Origin: an uncultured Aestuariivita sp.
GTDB taxonomy: Bacteria; Pseudomonadota; Alphaproteobacteria; Rhodobacterales; Rhodobacteraceae
Assembly (NCBI GenBank): GCA_964402685.1
Contig: CAYODE010000002.1
Coordinates: forward strand, 10,014 to 74,013
Direction of reading: 5' to 3'
Length of the DNA stretch: 64,000 bases
Of this stretch, positions 19,359 through 30,742 are shown piece after piece (within the stretch, counting starts at the first letter, position 1; the number at the start of each line of letters is the position of its first letter). A program made the position numbers and the translations under genes. The notes below the pieces were generated by a model, which searched no databases, was not told the DNA's origin, and was given only the letters and a program-made list of their open reading frames with translations.

Positions 19359-19380
19359 TAATTCACTAATCCATGAATTA
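19359..19380. promoter_or_regulatory. Putative ArsR operator overlapping the start of arsR-arsC
   Basis: TAATTCA-N8-TGAATTA inverted repeat ending on the ATG; TTGCAC at 19344-19349; no SD visible, so the transcript may be leaderless. Confidence 0.55.
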
Positions 19381-20225
19381 TGGAAATAATGATTCCCAAT
19401 CGCCTCTCGATCTTGGGCCATCCGCAACGGCTGGCTCTTTTCAGGCTACTGATGCGGCGCTACCCAGATCGGGTTCCTGCGACTGAACTTGCGCAGGCAT
19501 TGGGACTAAAGCCCAACACTCTATCAACCTATGTGAGTGCGCTTTTGCGTGCCGGGCTCATCACCCAAGAACGCGTGGGAACCTCATTGAGGTATGCAAT
19601 CGACATTGAAGCCGCGCGTGAAACCTTTGAATTCGTACTGGGCGACTGCTGCCGCTGGCGCCCGGACATCTGCTACCCTTTCATCGACACTGCCTTCTCT
19701 GGAGATCGTCCCATGACAGACCGGAAGTATAACGTCCTGTTCATCTGTAGCGGAAATTCCGCCCGCTCCATTTTCGCCGAATCCATTCTACGGACAGAGG
19801 GTGGCGACAAATTCGCCGCTTACTCTGCGGGTACAAAACCTAGCTCGCAACTCAACCCATTTGCGCTGGAAGTTCTTAAACAGAAGGGCCACGACGTAAC
19901 GCTCCTGGAATCAAAGAACATTTCCACTTTCCAGGAAGACGATGCACCGGAATTTGATTTCGTTTTCACAGTCTGCGATCAGGCCGCAAACGAAGAATGC
20001 CCTGCTTGGACGGGACAGCCGGTCAGCGCTCATTGGGGCATGCCGGATCCAGTAAAAGCGCAAGGATCGGATGCGGAAAAGAGCTTAGCTTTTCAACATG
20101 CCTACGGCGCACTTTTGAACCGCATCAAGGCATTCACCGCGTTGCCAATTGACTCTCTTGACCGCATCGCACTTCAGAAAGCGGTGGACGACCTTGCGCG
20201 CGCCGACGAAGGAGCTTCTGCATGA
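19380..20225 (+). CDS. ArsR repressor fused to an LMW-PTP-type arsenate reductase (ArsC)
   Basis: ArsR HTH (LGHPQRL...NTLS...DCC) followed by [24 protein letters not shown] and HWG.PDP. Confidence 0.93.
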   Translation: MEIMIPNRLSILGHPQRLALFRLLMRRYPDRVPATELAQALGLKPNTLSTYVSALLRAGLITQERVGTSLRYAIDIEAARETFEFVLGDCCRWRPDICYPFIDTAFSGDRPMTDRKYNVLFICSGNSARSIFAESILRTEGGDKFAAYSAGTKPSSQLNPFALEVLKQKGHDVTLLESKNISTFQEDDAPEFDFVFTVCDQAANEECPAWTGQPVSAHWGMPDPVKAQGSDAEKSLAFQHAYGALLNRIKAFTALPIDSLDRIALQKAVDDLARADEGASA

Positions 20226-21220
20226 CAGTTTACGCCGTAAACGGCCTTGGACGGATTGGAAAGCTGATCCTTAGACCGCTGCTTGAACGCGGGGCCAAGA
20301 TCGCGTGGATCAATGACGCAGTCGGCGATCCGCAGATGCACGCCCATCTGTTTGAATTCGATACGGTACATGGTCGCTGGGATGCTGAGTTCTCCCACGA
20401 CTCCGAAAGTGTGACCATCAACGGTACCCGCCTACCTTTCATTGGGACGCGCGACATCACGGATCTGCCTTTGGATGATGTGGATGTCGTCATAGACTGT
20501 ACCGGTGTGTTCAAGACCGAGGCCAAGCTTGCCCCATTCTTTGACGCCGGTGTGAAAAAGGTCGTTGTATCTGCCCCAGTGAAGGACGGTGATGCGGCCA
20601 ATATTGTCATTGGTGTCAATGACGATACCTATGATCCTGAACGGCATCGGATCATCTCAGCGGCAAGTTGCACTACGAATTGCCTGGCGCCGGTCGTTAA
20701 GGTTCTTCACGAAAGCATCGGCATAAAACACGGGTCGATCACGACCATCCATGATGTCACCAATACGCAGACCATTGTTGACCGACCTGCAAAGGATCTG
20801 CGCCGCGCGCGGTCAGCTTTGAATTCGCTGATCCCTACCACAACTGGCAGTGCAACTGCGATTACTCTCATTTACCCAGAGCTTAAAGGCCGTTTGAATG
20901 GCCATGCGGTGCGTGTTCCCTTGTTGAATGCGTCGCTCACGGATTGCGTTTTTGAGGTAGAACGCGCAACGACCGAAGATGAAGTGAATGCGCTGTTCAA
21001 AGCCGCGGCTGATGGTCCGCTTCATGGCATATTGGGATATGAAGAACGCCCACTCGTCTCCACGGATTACACCAACGATGAGCGCTCCAGCATTGTAGAC
21101 GCGCTATCGACCATGGTGGTCAATGGCACACAGGTAAAAGTCTATGCCTGGTACGACAATGAAATGGGATATGCCCATCGTCTGGTGGATGTGGCTCTGA
21201 TGGTTGGAGCAACAGTGTGA
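20222..21220 (+). CDS. ArsJ-associated glyceraldehyde-3-phosphate dehydrogenase
   Basis: [31 protein letters not shown] and WYDNE; translationally coupled between arsR-arsC and arsJ. Confidence 0.95.
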   Translation: MTVYAVNGLGRIGKLILRPLLERGAKIAWINDAVGDPQMHAHLFEFDTVHGRWDAEFSHDSESVTINGTRLPFIGTRDITDLPLDDVDVVIDCTGVFKTEAKLAPFFDAGVKKVVVSAPVKDGDAANIVIGVNDDTYDPERHRIISAASCTTNCLAPVVKVLHESIGIKHGSITTIHDVTNTQTIVDRPAKDLRRARSALNSLIPTTTGSATAITLIYPELKGRLNGHAVRVPLLNASLTDCVFEVERATTEDEVNALFKAAADGPLHGILGYEERPLVSTDYTNDERSSIVDALSTMVVNGTQVKVYAWYDNEMGYAHRLVDVALMVGATV

Positions 21221-22470
21221 CAGACAGCACGCCGCGCGCAGAGGGTTTGTCGGCCTATATTGCCGTGACCGCCGCCTATTGGGCGTTTATGCTCACAGAT
21301 GGCGCGCTGCGCATGCTGGTGCTTTTGCACTTTCATACGCTAGGTTTTTCGCCGATTCAGCTCGCCTATCTCTTTGTGCTGTATGAGATCGCGGGAATGG
21401 TGACGAACCTTTGCGCCGGGTGGATTGCCGCGCGGTTCGGATTAACCTCGACGCTCTATGCTGGGTTAGGTCTTCAGGTGGTGGCGCTTTTGGCTTTGGC
21501 ACAGCTGGACCCAACCTGGGCAATTGGACTGTCCGTCGCCTATGTGATGATCGTCCAAGGCGCGAGCGGCGTGGCCAAGGATCTGGCCAAAATGTCTTCG
21601 AAATCAGCGGTCAAGCTACTTGCGCCGACAGAAGACGGCGGATTGTTCCGCTGGGTGGCGTTGCTGACGGGATCCAAGAATGCAGTGAAAGGCTTTGGAT
21701 TCCTGCTGGGCGCAGTGTTGCTGGCAACCCTCGGTTTTGAATGGGCCGTGCTGGGTATGGCGGCCATCCTTGCGGTTATTCTAGTTGCGATCTTGGTGGC
21801 CATGCCGTCGGGCCTGCCAAAGGGGCGCAAGGGCGCGAAGTTTTCCGAGGTCTTCTCCAAATCCAGCAACGTGAATTGGCTTTCCGCAGCGCGGGTATTC
21901 CTGTTCGGTGCGCGCGACGTGTGGTTTGTCGTTGGTATTCCGATCTACTTTTATGCGGTGCTGTCAGACGGCACCGTTGCAGGCAATCGCCAGGCCTTTT
22001 TTATGATCGGGACGTTCATGGCCGTGTGGGTGATCCTTTATGGATTGGTCCAAACGTCGGCACCGCGTCTGTTACGTGCGGCCTCGCGTCCTGAAAGCGA
22101 ATTGATCCGTGCTGCGCGCAGCTGGGCTTGGTTTTTGGCAGCCATACCCGCCGCACTAACCGCAGCCGCCATGGCGCTTGAGACGCCGCAATCGCTTTTA
22201 ACGGCAGCTCTTGTCGCGGGTCTGCTTGCCTTTGGCGCAGTCTTCGCCATCAACTCCGCGCTGCATTCCTACCTGATCCTTGCGTTCACCAAGGCCGAAC
22301 GGGTCACAATGGATGTCGGGTTTTACTATATGGCCAATGCTGGCGGACGGCTTTTGGGAACCGTTTTGTCCGGGCTGACATATCAGGTCGGGGGACTGCC
22401 GCTTATGCTGGGCACCGCAACCCTGATGGTTTCTGCCGCTGCGGTGGCGTCCAGTTTTCTGCGCGATTAA
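21217..22470 (+). CDS. arsJ: Organoarsenical efflux MFS transporter ArsJ
   Basis: [52 protein letters not shown] and [10 protein letters not shown] signature. Confidence 0.95.
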   Translation: MTDSTPRAEGLSAYIAVTAAYWAFMLTDGALRMLVLLHFHTLGFSPIQLAYLFVLYEIAGMVTNLCAGWIAARFGLTSTLYAGLGLQVVALLALAQLDPTWAIGLSVAYVMIVQGASGVAKDLAKMSSKSAVKLLAPTEDGGLFRWVALLTGSKNAVKGFGFLLGAVLLATLGFEWAVLGMAAILAVILVAILVAMPSGLPKGRKGAKFSEVFSKSSNVNWLSAARVFLFGARDVWFVVGIPIYFYAVLSDGTVAGNRQAFFMIGTFMAVWVILYGLVQTSAPRLLRAASRPESELIRAARSWAWFLAAIPAALTAAAMALETPQSLLTAALVAGLLAFGAVFAINSALHSYLILAFTKAERVTMDVGFYYMANAGGRLLGTVLSGLTYQVGGLPLMLGTATLMVSAAAVASSFLRD

Positions 22471-23465
22471 TCCACTTCTGCGGGCTGTGGAGCCTCATCC
22501 AAAAAGAAACAGGCCGCGTGATGGGTTGCGTTTAACCGTGTCGCGGCAGGTTCACTTTGGTGACATTTCGCCTGCACTTTCGGGCACCTGCTGGCAAAGC
22601 GGCAGCCCGGCGGTAGGTTTGTCGCATCAGGCGGATCGCCGGGAATGAGAATCCGCTTCTTGCTGATCTCACCGGGGTGGTCGACCCGCGGTACCGCCGA
22701 CAACAACGCTTGCGTATAGGGGTGCTGAGGACTGTTGAACAAGCTCAACCGGTCTGCCTGTTCGACTACTTTTCCCATATACATCACGGCGATACTGTCG
22801 CACATGTGCTGCACAACACCCAGATCGTGGCTGATGAATAGGTAGGTCAAGCCGAATTGGGTTTGCAACCGGCGCAATAGGTTCAGGATTTGCGCCTGCA
22901 CCGCGACGTCCAGGGCAGAAACCGCCTCGTCGCAAATGATCAGCTCTGGCTGCGTGGCCAAGGCACGCGCAATACCGATGCGTTGTCGTTGCCCGCCTGA
23001 GAACTGATGTGGGAACAGACGTTGCTGTTCGCGGCGCAAGCCAACCGCCTTAAAAAGCTCATCGACCCGCTGAACCTTTTCGGCCTCTGACTTGTCGGAC
23101 AGACTATCCAGAGGTTCGCGCACAATATCCGACACACGCTTCCGAGGGTTTAAACTGCTGTAGGGATCTTGGAAGATGAACTGCACCCGGCGCCGCATGC
23201 GGCGCAGTTCCTCTCCCTCTTTTGTGAGAATGTCGTCGCCATCCAAATGCGCGGTGCCCTTATAGGCATTTACAAGCCGTGCAACCGCGAGTGCCGCTGT
23301 TGTTTTGCCCGAGCCACTTTCGCCCACAATCCCCAAGGTTTGGCCTTTGGGCACCTGAAACGACACGTCATCGACGGCGTAGAGATAGCTCTTTTTGTTC
23401 CAGCCCCGTTTCACCTCAAAACGGACTGTCAGGTTCTTTACGTCAAGCAGCGGAGCATCAGTCAT
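22467..23465 (-). CDS. Peptide/nickel-type ABC transporter ATP-binding subunit (OppF-like)
   Basis: GESGSGKT, FSGGQRQR, DEAVSALD, HPYT and the C-terminal C..A.RC cluster. Confidence 0.95.
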   Translation of the reverse strand: MTDAPLLDVKNLTVRFEVKRGWNKKSYLYAVDDVSFQVPKGQTLGIVGESGSGKTTAALAVARLVNAYKGTAHLDGDDILTKEGEELRRMRRRVQFIFQDPYSSLNPRKRVSDIVREPLDSLSDKSEAEKVQRVDELFKAVGLRREQQRLFPHQFSGGQRQRIGIARALATQPELIICDEAVSALDVAVQAQILNLLRRLQTQFGLTYLFISHDLGVVQHMCDSIAVMYMGKVVEQADRLSLFNSPQHPYTQALLSAVPRVDHPGEISKKRILIPGDPPDATNLPPGCRFASRCPKVQAKCHQSEPAATRLNATHHAACFFLDEAPQPAEVD

Positions 23466-23466
23466 C

Positions 23467-24450
23467 TTACATCGCCTCCGCGTGCCAGCAGTCCGAGATC
23501 TGCCCATTGTCGAACTGCGTCTCAGACGGACGCTTTGACCGGCACTGGTCCGTCACATGCGCGCAGCGCGATGCAAACAGGCAGGCATCCTGCCCAAAAT
23601 CCTTGAGCGACGGCACAATCCCCGGAACTTCGAAGAGTTCAGGCCTGTCTTCGGTCAACACATCATGCAGGTGAGGCACACAAGAGATCAGCCCCTTGGT
23701 ATAAGGATGCCGCGCATGTTCGATGATCTGGGCAACTGGTCCGAGTTCGGCCTTTCGCCCCGCGTACATCACGATCATTCGCTCTGCCATTTCTGCAACC
23801 GCGCCCATGTCATGCGTGATCAGGATGATGGAAGTTCCGGTCTGAGAGCGCAAATCGCGGAGTAGATCAAAAATCTGAGCCTGCACCGTCACATCAAGGG
23901 CGGTTGTCGGCTCGTCCGCGATAAGGATTTTGGGTTTACAGGCCAAGGCCATCGCGATCATCGCGCGCTGTCGTTGTCCACCCGACATTTGGAAGGGATA
24001 GGCCCCCGCCCTGCCCTTTGGATTGGGAATACGAACGGCATCAATGAGTTCCACCGCGTGATCCCATGCCGCCTGCCGGGACAGGCCCTGATGCGCGCGC
24101 AGAACCTCCGCAATCTGTTCGCCGATGGTGAATACAGGGTTCAACGAAGTCATCGGCTCCTGAAAAATCATAGAAATTTCATTGCCGCGAATATCACGCA
24201 ACCGCGCATCGGAGGCTGTCGTCAGGTCCTCTCCATTAAACCGGATCGCGCCACTTGCAATCCGCCCGATTTTATCCGGCAAAAGACCCATCAAGGCCAA
24301 GGCTGTCATGGACTTTCCACAGCCGGACTCACCGACGAAACTCAGCGTCTCCCCCGCTTCGAGTTCAAATGACAAATCATCGATTACCGGCGCCGTGCCA
24401 TCACGCGTCGTGAGTTCGATCCGTAGATTTTCTACCTCAAGAAGCGCCAT
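23467..24450 (-). CDS. Peptide/nickel-type ABC transporter ATP-binding subunit (OppD-like)
   Basis: [16 protein letters not shown] and DEPTTALD; TGATG overlap with the upstream permease. Confidence 0.95.
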   Translation of the reverse strand: MALLEVENLRIELTTRDGTAPVIDDLSFELEAGETLSFVGESGCGKSMTALALMGLLPDKIGRIASGAIRFNGEDLTTASDARLRDIRGNEISMIFQEPMTSLNPVFTIGEQIAEVLRAHQGLSRQAAWDHAVELIDAVRIPNPKGRAGAYPFQMSGGQRQRAMIAMALACKPKILIADEPTTALDVTVQAQIFDLLRDLRSQTGTSIILITHDMGAVAEMAERMIVMYAGRKAELGPVAQIIEHARHPYTKGLISCVPHLHDVLTEDRPELFEVPGIVPSLKDFGQDACLFASRCAHVTDQCRSKRPSETQFDNGQISDCWHAEAM

Positions 24451-25328
24451 CAGCGTTGCCTCAGTTTCGGGTTCAGCGCGTCGTTCAATCCATCCCCCAC
24501 CAGTGAAATCGCAAGAACCGTGACAAAGATCGCAAGGCCCGGCAGGGTGACGGTGTAGCTGGCGTCCAGAATGTACTGCCGGTTGGATCCGATAATCTGA
24601 CCCCAACTCACCACGTTTGGGTCAGTCAGGCCCAGAAAGGAGAGGCCTGCCTCAAACAGGATTGCACTGCCAACCATCAAGGCTGACTGCACGATAATCG
24701 GGGGCAGTGCGTTTGGGAGGATCACGCCAAAGATTAAAGACCGGTTGGGAACACCCGAGGCGCGCGAGGCCATGACGAACTCTAACTCTCGAATGCGCAG
24801 GAATTCGGCCCGCGTGATCCGGGCAACAGCCGTCCAACTGACAACCCCAATGGCAAAGGTAATCATAGGCAGTGAGGCGCCGAAGAGCGCGACCAGAACC
24901 ATCGAAAATAGAAGGGTTGGCAGAACCTGAAAGAACTCAGTGATGCGCATCAACACTTCTTCGACCCAACCGCGGTAGAACCCGGCCAAAGCGCCGACGG
25001 ACACACCGATAAAGATCGACACAACAGCCGCGGCCAAACCGATCAGCAGGGACACGCGCGCCCCATTGATGATCATCGACAAAAGATCGCGCCCCAGATA
25101 GTCAGTGCCTAACAAGAAGCCGTTTTCTCCTGGCGGTGAGAACGGTGCCCACACCATTTCAAACGGATCGGTAGGGTAAATGAACGGGCCCAACACCGCG
25201 ACGACCCCGATGCCCAGCAAGACAATCAACGCTGCAACGGCCGAGTGATTGCGTAAAAACATCCCCCACGCTTCACGCAGCGGGCTTTCGGCGCGAGGCG
25301 TTTCGTCGCCTGGAGTGACATCGGTCAT
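24450..25328 (-). CDS. ABC transporter permease (OppC-like)
   Basis: LGTDYLGRD, EAA-like loop EFVMASRASG, ILPN and GDGLNDALNP. Confidence 0.95.
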   Translation of the reverse strand: MTDVTPGDETPRAESPLREAWGMFLRNHSAVAALIVLLGIGVVAVLGPFIYPTDPFEMVWAPFSPPGENGFLLGTDYLGRDLLSMIINGARVSLLIGLAAAVVSIFIGVSVGALAGFYRGWVEEVLMRITEFFQVLPTLLFSMVLVALFGASLPMITFAIGVVSWTAVARITRAEFLRIRELEFVMASRASGVPNRSLIFGVILPNALPPIIVQSALMVGSAILFEAGLSFLGLTDPNVVSWGQIIGSNRQYILDASYTVTLPGLAIFVTVLAISLVGDGLNDALNPKLRQR

Positions 25329-26302
25329 TTGCGTCCTCCCACTCGAGGATCGACCAGCCGGAGGGCCAGGTCAGTCAACAGGTTCCCAACAATGACGACC
25401 AGCGCAGAGAAGAACAGGATACCAAGGATTGTCGGTGTATCCCGCGCGATGATCGACTGGAATGCGAGTGTGCCCAGACCGGGCCAGCTGAACACGGCCT
25501 CAACAAGAACAGCACCAGAGATCACGGCTGAAAACTGCAAACCGGCCAGGGTGATCACGGGCGAAACCGCGTTCTTTAACGCGTGTTTATAAACGACTTC
25601 GCGCGGGGTGAGCCCCTTGGCCTTAGCGGTGCGCACGTAGTCAGATCCCAATACCTCCATCATGGAGGCGCGCGCCAAGCGCGAATAAAGCGCCAGGAAA
25701 ACAGAAGCGAGCGTGACCATGGGCAGAACCAAATGCCGGGCGATATCGGCAGCCTCCACCCAAAAACCGCCCTCGACTGTGACATCCCGCATCCCGGCAA
25801 CAGGGAAGATCGGGATTTGCAATGAGAACGCGATCAGCAGCAAAATGCCCGTCCAGAACACGGGTGCTGAATATCCGAAAAGTGCGGTGAACGTGACAAG
25901 ATAGCTCGCGATGCCATTGGGCTTCTGGGCCGAGATAACGCCCAGTACGACACCGATGAGCAAAGCCAGCAGTTGTGCAGAAAAGACCAACAGCAAGGTG
26001 GCCGGTAACCGTTCAAGGATCAGCTTAGTGACGGGTTCGTTGTAGAAAAACGAAAAGCCAAGATCCGCCTGCAGAACGCCGCCCACATAGCGGCCCAGTT
26101 GCACCAAGAACGGTTGATCCAAGCCATAATCCGCCCGGATCTGATCCAGTAATTCCTGATCGGCGCCGCCCATGGATTGGCTGATCGTGTCTGCCACATC
26201 GCCTGGCGCCAGATGCATGAGTGAGAAGTTGAGGACCAACACAGCAGTCAACAGAATGACGGCATATCCCGCGCGGATCAAAAATGCTCGCAGTACATCC
26301 AC
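25325..26302 (-). CDS. ABC transporter permease (OppB-like)
   Basis: PGD, GLDQP, DYVRTAKAKG, HALKNA, EAVFSWPGLG and DPRV. Confidence 0.95.
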   Translation of the reverse strand: MDVLRAFLIRAGYAVILLTAVLVLNFSLMHLAPGDVADTISQSMGGADQELLDQIRADYGLDQPFLVQLGRYVGGVLQADLGFSFFYNEPVTKLILERLPATLLLVFSAQLLALLIGVVLGVISAQKPNGIASYLVTFTALFGYSAPVFWTGILLLIAFSLQIPIFPVAGMRDVTVEGGFWVEAADIARHLVLPMVTLASVFLALYSRLARASMMEVLGSDYVRTAKAKGLTPREVVYKHALKNAVSPVITLAGLQFSAVISGAVLVEAVFSWPGLGTLAFQSIIARDTPTILGILFFSALVVIVGNLLTDLALRLVDPRVGGRK

Positions 26303-26334
26303 GAAATTTTGTCCCCTTCTGGCCCCTAACGAAG

Positions 26335-26366
26335 AAACCCACAGCGGTGTTGGCCGCTGCGGGTTT
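26335..26366 (-). terminator. Stem-loop after the SBP gene (terminator or mRNA stabiliser)
   Basis: Minus strand AAACCCGCAGCGG-CCAACA-CCGCTGTGGGTTT followed by CTTC. Confidence 0.6.
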
Positions 26367-26376
26367 TAGGTTCACA

Positions 26377-27954
26377 TCACTCTTTCAGATAGGTCATGTC
26401 GATTGGTGTCGACGTCCCCCAAATACCAAGCGGGGGATTTCCAACCTTGTCGGAGTAAACCGTGTGATACGGAATGGTGTTGGTGTGATAGACTGGCAGT
26501 TCCGTTGCAATGATGTTTTGGAACTCCGCATACATCTCCGCCCGTTTTGCAGGATCGCTCTCCACCGCAGCCATCGCCATCAGCTCGTCAATGCGGGCGT
26601 TTGAATACCCTTGGGTGTTAGACCAAACGCCTTTGCCGATATTGGTGCTGTCATATGTGCGGTGCACACCGATCACCGGGTCACCCCAGTTGAAAACCGT
26701 GTCCCAGCTGAGGTCGAAATCCATCTCACCCATGCGCTTGGCCCATGTCGGGAAGTCAGCGCTGGCGCGCACTTCGACATCAATGCCCACTTTTTTCAGA
26801 GCTGCTTTGACGTATTCAACCTGCGGCTTCACACCTGGCCAGCCAAAGTCAATCGTCAGCCCGAACCGGCTGTCGCCATCCATCGGGAAGCCAGCTTCAT
26901 CAAGAAGCGCGTTCGCTTTGTCCAAATCCACATCGTAGGTCGGCACGTCGGCACTATAGAACGGGCTGTCCGGGTGGATGCCCGTCCGGCTGTCCGCAGC
27001 TGTGCCTTGCATCAAGGCGTTTTGGATAAAGTTCTTATCGACGGCATAGGCGATCGCCTGGCGCACGCGCACGTCCTGGAGCGGTCCACGCTGGGTGTTC
27101 ATCGCCAGCCAGTCCAAAGGACCAATCGCGCCATATCCATCGGGAGTTACGGTCAACCCATCAACACCCTTCAGGCGATTGATGATGCGAGGAAGGCTTT
27201 CGAACGCGCCCATGTGCAATTCGCCGTTTTCATACGCGATTGCGCGCGCCGCGGGGTCAGTGATGATCCGCATGACGACGCGGTCCAGGTAGGGGCGCCC
27301 TTCAATAAAGAAATCGTCAAAACGTTCCAGAATGACATGCTCACCCGACTTGTACTCAACCAGCTTGAATGGGCCCGAGCCAACAGTTCCCTCATTGTTC
27401 CGGGGATGGGTCTTCACCTCATTGATTGGCACATCGCCATAAATGTGTTTGGGAAGGATCGACATCAGCTGACCCGACATCGCCAACATCAAAGCGGGGT
27501 GTGGCTTGCTGAGTTTTAGGATTGCCGTGTGGTCGTCCGGCGTTTCAACCGTCTCTACCGGCGCAAACATCGACTTGAACGGGTGGTTTGCCTTGATGAC
27601 CTCAACCGAGAACGCAACGTCCTCTGACGTGATAGGTTCCCCATCGTGGAATTTAGCATTCTTCACCAGGTTCAGGGTAACGCTCAGGCCGTCAGCACTG
27701 ACTTCCCATGTTTCAGCCAGGTATGGCTGTGGCGTCCAATCGTTGTCGTAACGTAGTGGCGATGCGAAAAGCTGCGCACCTGGGAACCCGGTGACGATGC
27801 CGGATTGCACAGCAGAATTCAGGTTGCGAACGTTTGACCCTAGAACAGTGACCAAGGTGCCACCGCGGACTGGCTCTTCTGCAGCAGCTTGACCAACAGC
27901 CAAGACCCCTGCAAGGGCTGCCGAAGCGACAAACCCTTTCATCAGATGCTTCAT
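26377..27954 (-). CDS. ABC substrate-binding protein, family 5
   Basis: Signal peptide; PYLAETWEVS.DG, KFHDG.P.T.EDV.FS, GSGPFKL and VRQAIAYAVD. Confidence 0.95.
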   Translation of the reverse strand: MKHLMKGFVASAALAGVLAVGQAAAEEPVRGGTLVTVLGSNVRNLNSAVQSGIVTGFPGAQLFASPLRYDNDWTPQPYLAETWEVSADGLSVTLNLVKNAKFHDGEPITSEDVAFSVEVIKANHPFKSMFAPVETVETPDDHTAILKLSKPHPALMLAMSGQLMSILPKHIYGDVPINEVKTHPRNNEGTVGSGPFKLVEYKSGEHVILERFDDFFIEGRPYLDRVVMRIITDPAARAIAYENGELHMGAFESLPRIINRLKGVDGLTVTPDGYGAIGPLDWLAMNTQRGPLQDVRVRQAIAYAVDKNFIQNALMQGTAADSRTGIHPDSPFYSADVPTYDVDLDKANALLDEAGFPMDGDSRFGLTIDFGWPGVKPQVEYVKAALKKVGIDVEVRASADFPTWAKRMGEMDFDLSWDTVFNWGDPVIGVHRTYDSTNIGKGVWSNTQGYSNARIDELMAMAAVESDPAKRAEMYAEFQNIIATELPVYHTNTIPYHTVYSDKVGNPPLGIWGTSTPIDMTYLKE

Positions 27955-27990
27955 CTTTGTCTCCCTGAGCTTTGGTTTTTTATTAACAAA

Positions 27991-28053
27991 ACCGTAGCCG
28001 AGGGCTTTTCCAACAGAAAACAGTTTAATTATGGCCTATTGAACTATTTTTTG
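27991..28053 (-). promoter_or_regulatory. Putative LysR-dependent promoter of the ABC operon
   Basis: Minus strand CAAAAAAT..ATTAAA..TTTTCTG-N17-TACGGT, colinear with the promoter at 29005-29067. Confidence 0.55.
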
Positions 28054-28992
28054 CGTTTTTTGATTATCATCTGGCCAGATGGTAAGGTTATCAAACGTAC
28101 CGGCGCGTTGTAGCGCAACACAACTGTCGATGAAGGCCTGAACGATCTTTGGGGGGCGCGTTGCCGCTTGGGTGGCAATTCCAAAGCGCTGAGCCGCATG
28201 CGCATCGCGGATAGGCAACGCCCGATACCGCAAGCTGTCTTCGTCATAGCCCGGCGGTCTGATGTTAAGGATTGTATATCCAAAACCGCCGGCCACGAAC
28301 GCCCGAGCAATCTCCGCCGAACGGGAGGTGTGTGCGATCTTTGGTTGCAATCCACGCTCTTCGAACAGGCCCATGAAATACGCACGTGTCAGAGGCAGAT
28401 CGAGAAGCACCATTGGGCGTTCCGCCAATTCCGAAAAGGACACCGAGGGCTGGTGAGCCAAGGGATCGTCGCGGTTGATCAAGGCGTAGGGCGGCGCCAA
28501 AAAGAGCTGGGTAAAAGTATGTCCATCGCCCAATGGGCCGTCATAGGTAAAGACAAGATCCACCTTGCCTTCATCCAGAAATTCGATGATCGCCTGCATG
28601 TTTCCTTCCATGATCTGCACAGACATTCCTGGAAAATTTTCGGTGATGTTCTGCAAGATCGGCGGCAGGAAAGCGGGCGCAGCCGTACCATAACAAGCAA
28701 TCCGAACGTGACCCGACGCGTCTCCACCCAGGGATTTCAAATCGGTTTCGAAATGGCGTGCCTGATGGATGAAACCGCGAATGAGCTGCAGGGCCTCTTC
28801 CCCGGCAGGGGTCGTCTGAATGCCCTTTGCTGGGGTCCTCAGAAAGAGGTCATACTCTAGTGACATCTCTAACGAGTCGATGGCTGCTGTGATAGACGAC
28901 TGCGAAATGGACAGCTCTTTTGCCGCCTGTGCGATGGAGCCTAAACGTCCGGCGGCCTCTACATATCTCAGTTGTTTCAATGTGAACCGCAT
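28036..28992 (-). CDS. LysR family transcriptional regulator
   Basis: MRFTLKQLRY...SIAQAA..L.ISQSSIT..I..LE...LF.R...T.AG HTH plus substrate-binding domain. Confidence 0.95.
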   Translation of the reverse strand: MRFTLKQLRYVEAAGRLGSIAQAAKELSISQSSITAAIDSLEMSLEYDLFLRTPAKGIQTTPAGEEALQLIRGFIHQARHFETDLKSLGGDASGHVRIACYGTAAPAFLPPILQNITENFPGMSVQIMEGNMQAIIEFLDEGKVDLVFTYDGPLGDGHTFTQLFLAPPYALINRDDPLAHQPSVSFSELAERPMVLLDLPLTRAYFMGLFEERGLQPKIAHTSRSAEIARAFVAGGFGYTILNIRPPGYDEDSLRYRALPIRDAHAAQRFGIATQAATRPPKIVQAFIDSCVALQRAGTFDNLTIWPDDNQKTQKIVQ

Positions 28993-29004
28993 TGCCACTT
29001 CCCC

Positions 29005-29067
29005 CAAAAAATCAAGGTTATTGGTCAATTAAATCCATTTTCTCATTGAACGAAACCCCTCTAGCCT
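29005..29067 (+). promoter_or_regulatory. Putative LysR-dependent promoter of the amidohydrolase operon
   Basis: CAAAAAAT..ATTAAA..TTTTCTC-N17-TAGCCT, colinear with 27991-28053 on the minus strand. Confidence 0.55.
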
Positions 29068-29098
29068 TGATCGCAAACGTCCAAACGAAAGATCGCTG

Positions 29099-30742
29099 AT
29101 GCCTGCGACCACAATCTATTCGGCAAGAAAGATCGTCACGATGAACCCGTCTCGGCCACTGGCCAGTCATGTCGCGGTGCGGGACGGACGCATTTTAGGC
29201 GCGGGCACCCTTGAGGAGCTTTCGACCTGGGGTGAACACATACTCGATGAGCGCTTTGCCGAGAAAATCCTGCTCCCTGGCTTTGTCGAAGGCCATGCGC
29301 ATACGATGGAAGGGTCGCTTTGGGCCAAGACGTATTGCGGCTGGTTTGACCGGACCGACCCAGATGGACATACATGGTCAGGGGTGAAATCCATCGACGC
29401 TGTAGTGGACCGCTTAAAGGCCTCTGCAGAGCAGTTGGAAGATCCCGCCGCGCCCGTGTCGGGTTGGCAACTCGATCCGATATATATGAACAACCGACGC
29501 GTGACCCGTCAGGATCTGGATCGGGCATCCACAACGCGACCAATCGGCGTGCTCCATGCCTCTGGTCACATTCTGAATGTAAATACAAAGGCCCTGGTAT
29601 TGGCCGGTCTAATGAAAACCGGTATCAACAATCCTGGCATCCCTTTGGGGGAGGATGGTTATCCCACCGGCGAGCTGAAAGGCCCCGAAGTCATGACGCC
29701 AGTGGGTCAATATGTCGATTTCGAAAGAAACATGCTGGACGCGGATGAAGACGGGTTGCGCCGCTTTGCCAAGCTCTGCGTTCGCACAGGAACGACAACG
29801 ATCACAGATCTCGCCTCGCGTCTGGATCCCGGCACGGTCGAGATGATGCTGCGCGTAACCGGCGAAGACGACTACCCCGCCTGCTTGGTCCCTCTGCGGT
29901 TCTTCATGGGGTTATCACCGGAAGATCTGATTACAGAAGTTCTCCGGCTGAAAGACCTTTCAACGGACCGTTTGCGGTTGGGACGTATCAAGATCGTGGC
30001 AGATGGATCCATCCAGGGATTTTCCGCACGCCTACGCTGGCCGGGTTATCACAACGGGGCGCCGAATGGATTATGGTACGTGGCGCCCGAACAATTATCG
30101 GACATCTTTCATCGTGCGTTAGAGGCCGATATTCAGGTCCACACCCACACCAACGGGGATCAGGCCACACAGCTTGTGCTTGAGAAGATGGCCCCAGCGC
30201 TGCAGGCCCATCCGAACCCCGATCACAGGTTCACGTTGCAGCACTGCCAACTGGCTGACGCCGCGCAGTTCAATCAGGCGGCAAAATTGGGGATGTGCGT
30301 GAACCTATTTGCCAATCACCATTTCTATTGGGGCGACGAACACTACACCCTCACAGTCGGGCCAGATCGAGCAACGCGCATGAACGCAGCCAGAACCGCA
30401 CTGGATGCGGGTGTGCCTCTGGCCATTCATTCGGACGCGCCGGTCACACCGCTCGGACCCTTATTCACGGCTTGGGCCGCTGTGAACAGGATTACTGCCT
30501 CCGGGCGGGTTCAGGGCGAAGAAGAACGGATTAGTGTGCAAGAAGCCTTATGGGCCATCACAATGGGGGCCGCGTATACCTTGCATATGGATGGCGAGGT
30601 CGGGTCGATTGAAACCGGCAAAAAGGCTGACTTTGCTGTTTTGGAGGATGATCCCACCACGTGCGATGCCCATGCGTTGAAAGACATTCGTGTATGGGGA
30701 ACGGTGCAAGGTGGACGGATCTTTGCTGCGGAGGATTTATGA
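29099..30742 (+). CDS. Amidohydrolase-3 family (YtcJ/NfdA-like) metal-dependent hydrolase
   Basis: PGFVEGHAH, KIVADGS, HTNGD, QHCQ, HSDAP and GSIETGKKADF. Confidence 0.92.
   Translation: MPATTIYSARKIVTMNPSRPLASHVAVRDGRILGAGTLEELSTWGEHILDERFAEKILLPGFVEGHAHTMEGSLWAKTYCGWFDRTDPDGHTWSGVKSIDAVVDRLKASAEQLEDPAAPVSGWQLDPIYMNNRRVTRQDLDRASTTRPIGVLHASGHILNVNTKALVLAGLMKTGINNPGIPLGEDGYPTGELKGPEVMTPVGQYVDFERNMLDADEDGLRRFAKLCVRTGTTTITDLASRLDPGTVEMMLRVTGEDDYPACLVPLRFFMGLSPEDLITEVLRLKDLSTDRLRLGRIKIVADGSIQGFSARLRWPGYHNGAPNGLWYVAPEQLSDIFHRALEADIQVHTHTNGDQATQLVLEKMAPALQAHPNPDHRFTLQHCQLADAAQFNQAAKLGMCVNLFANHHFYWGDEHYTLTVGPDRATRMNAARTALDAGVPLAIHSDAPVTPLGPLFTAWAAVNRITASGRVQGEEERISVQEALWAITMGAAYTLHMDGEVGSIETGKKADFAVLEDDPTTCDAHALKDIRVWGTVQGGRIFAAEDL

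Noticed and set aside
26611-27519. Long antisense ORFs (e.g. 26611-27519 +, 15106-15945 -, 38343-39188 -, 13233-13919 -)
   Set aside because: They are shadow frames opposite well-supported genes in GC-rich DNA and show no recognisable motifs.
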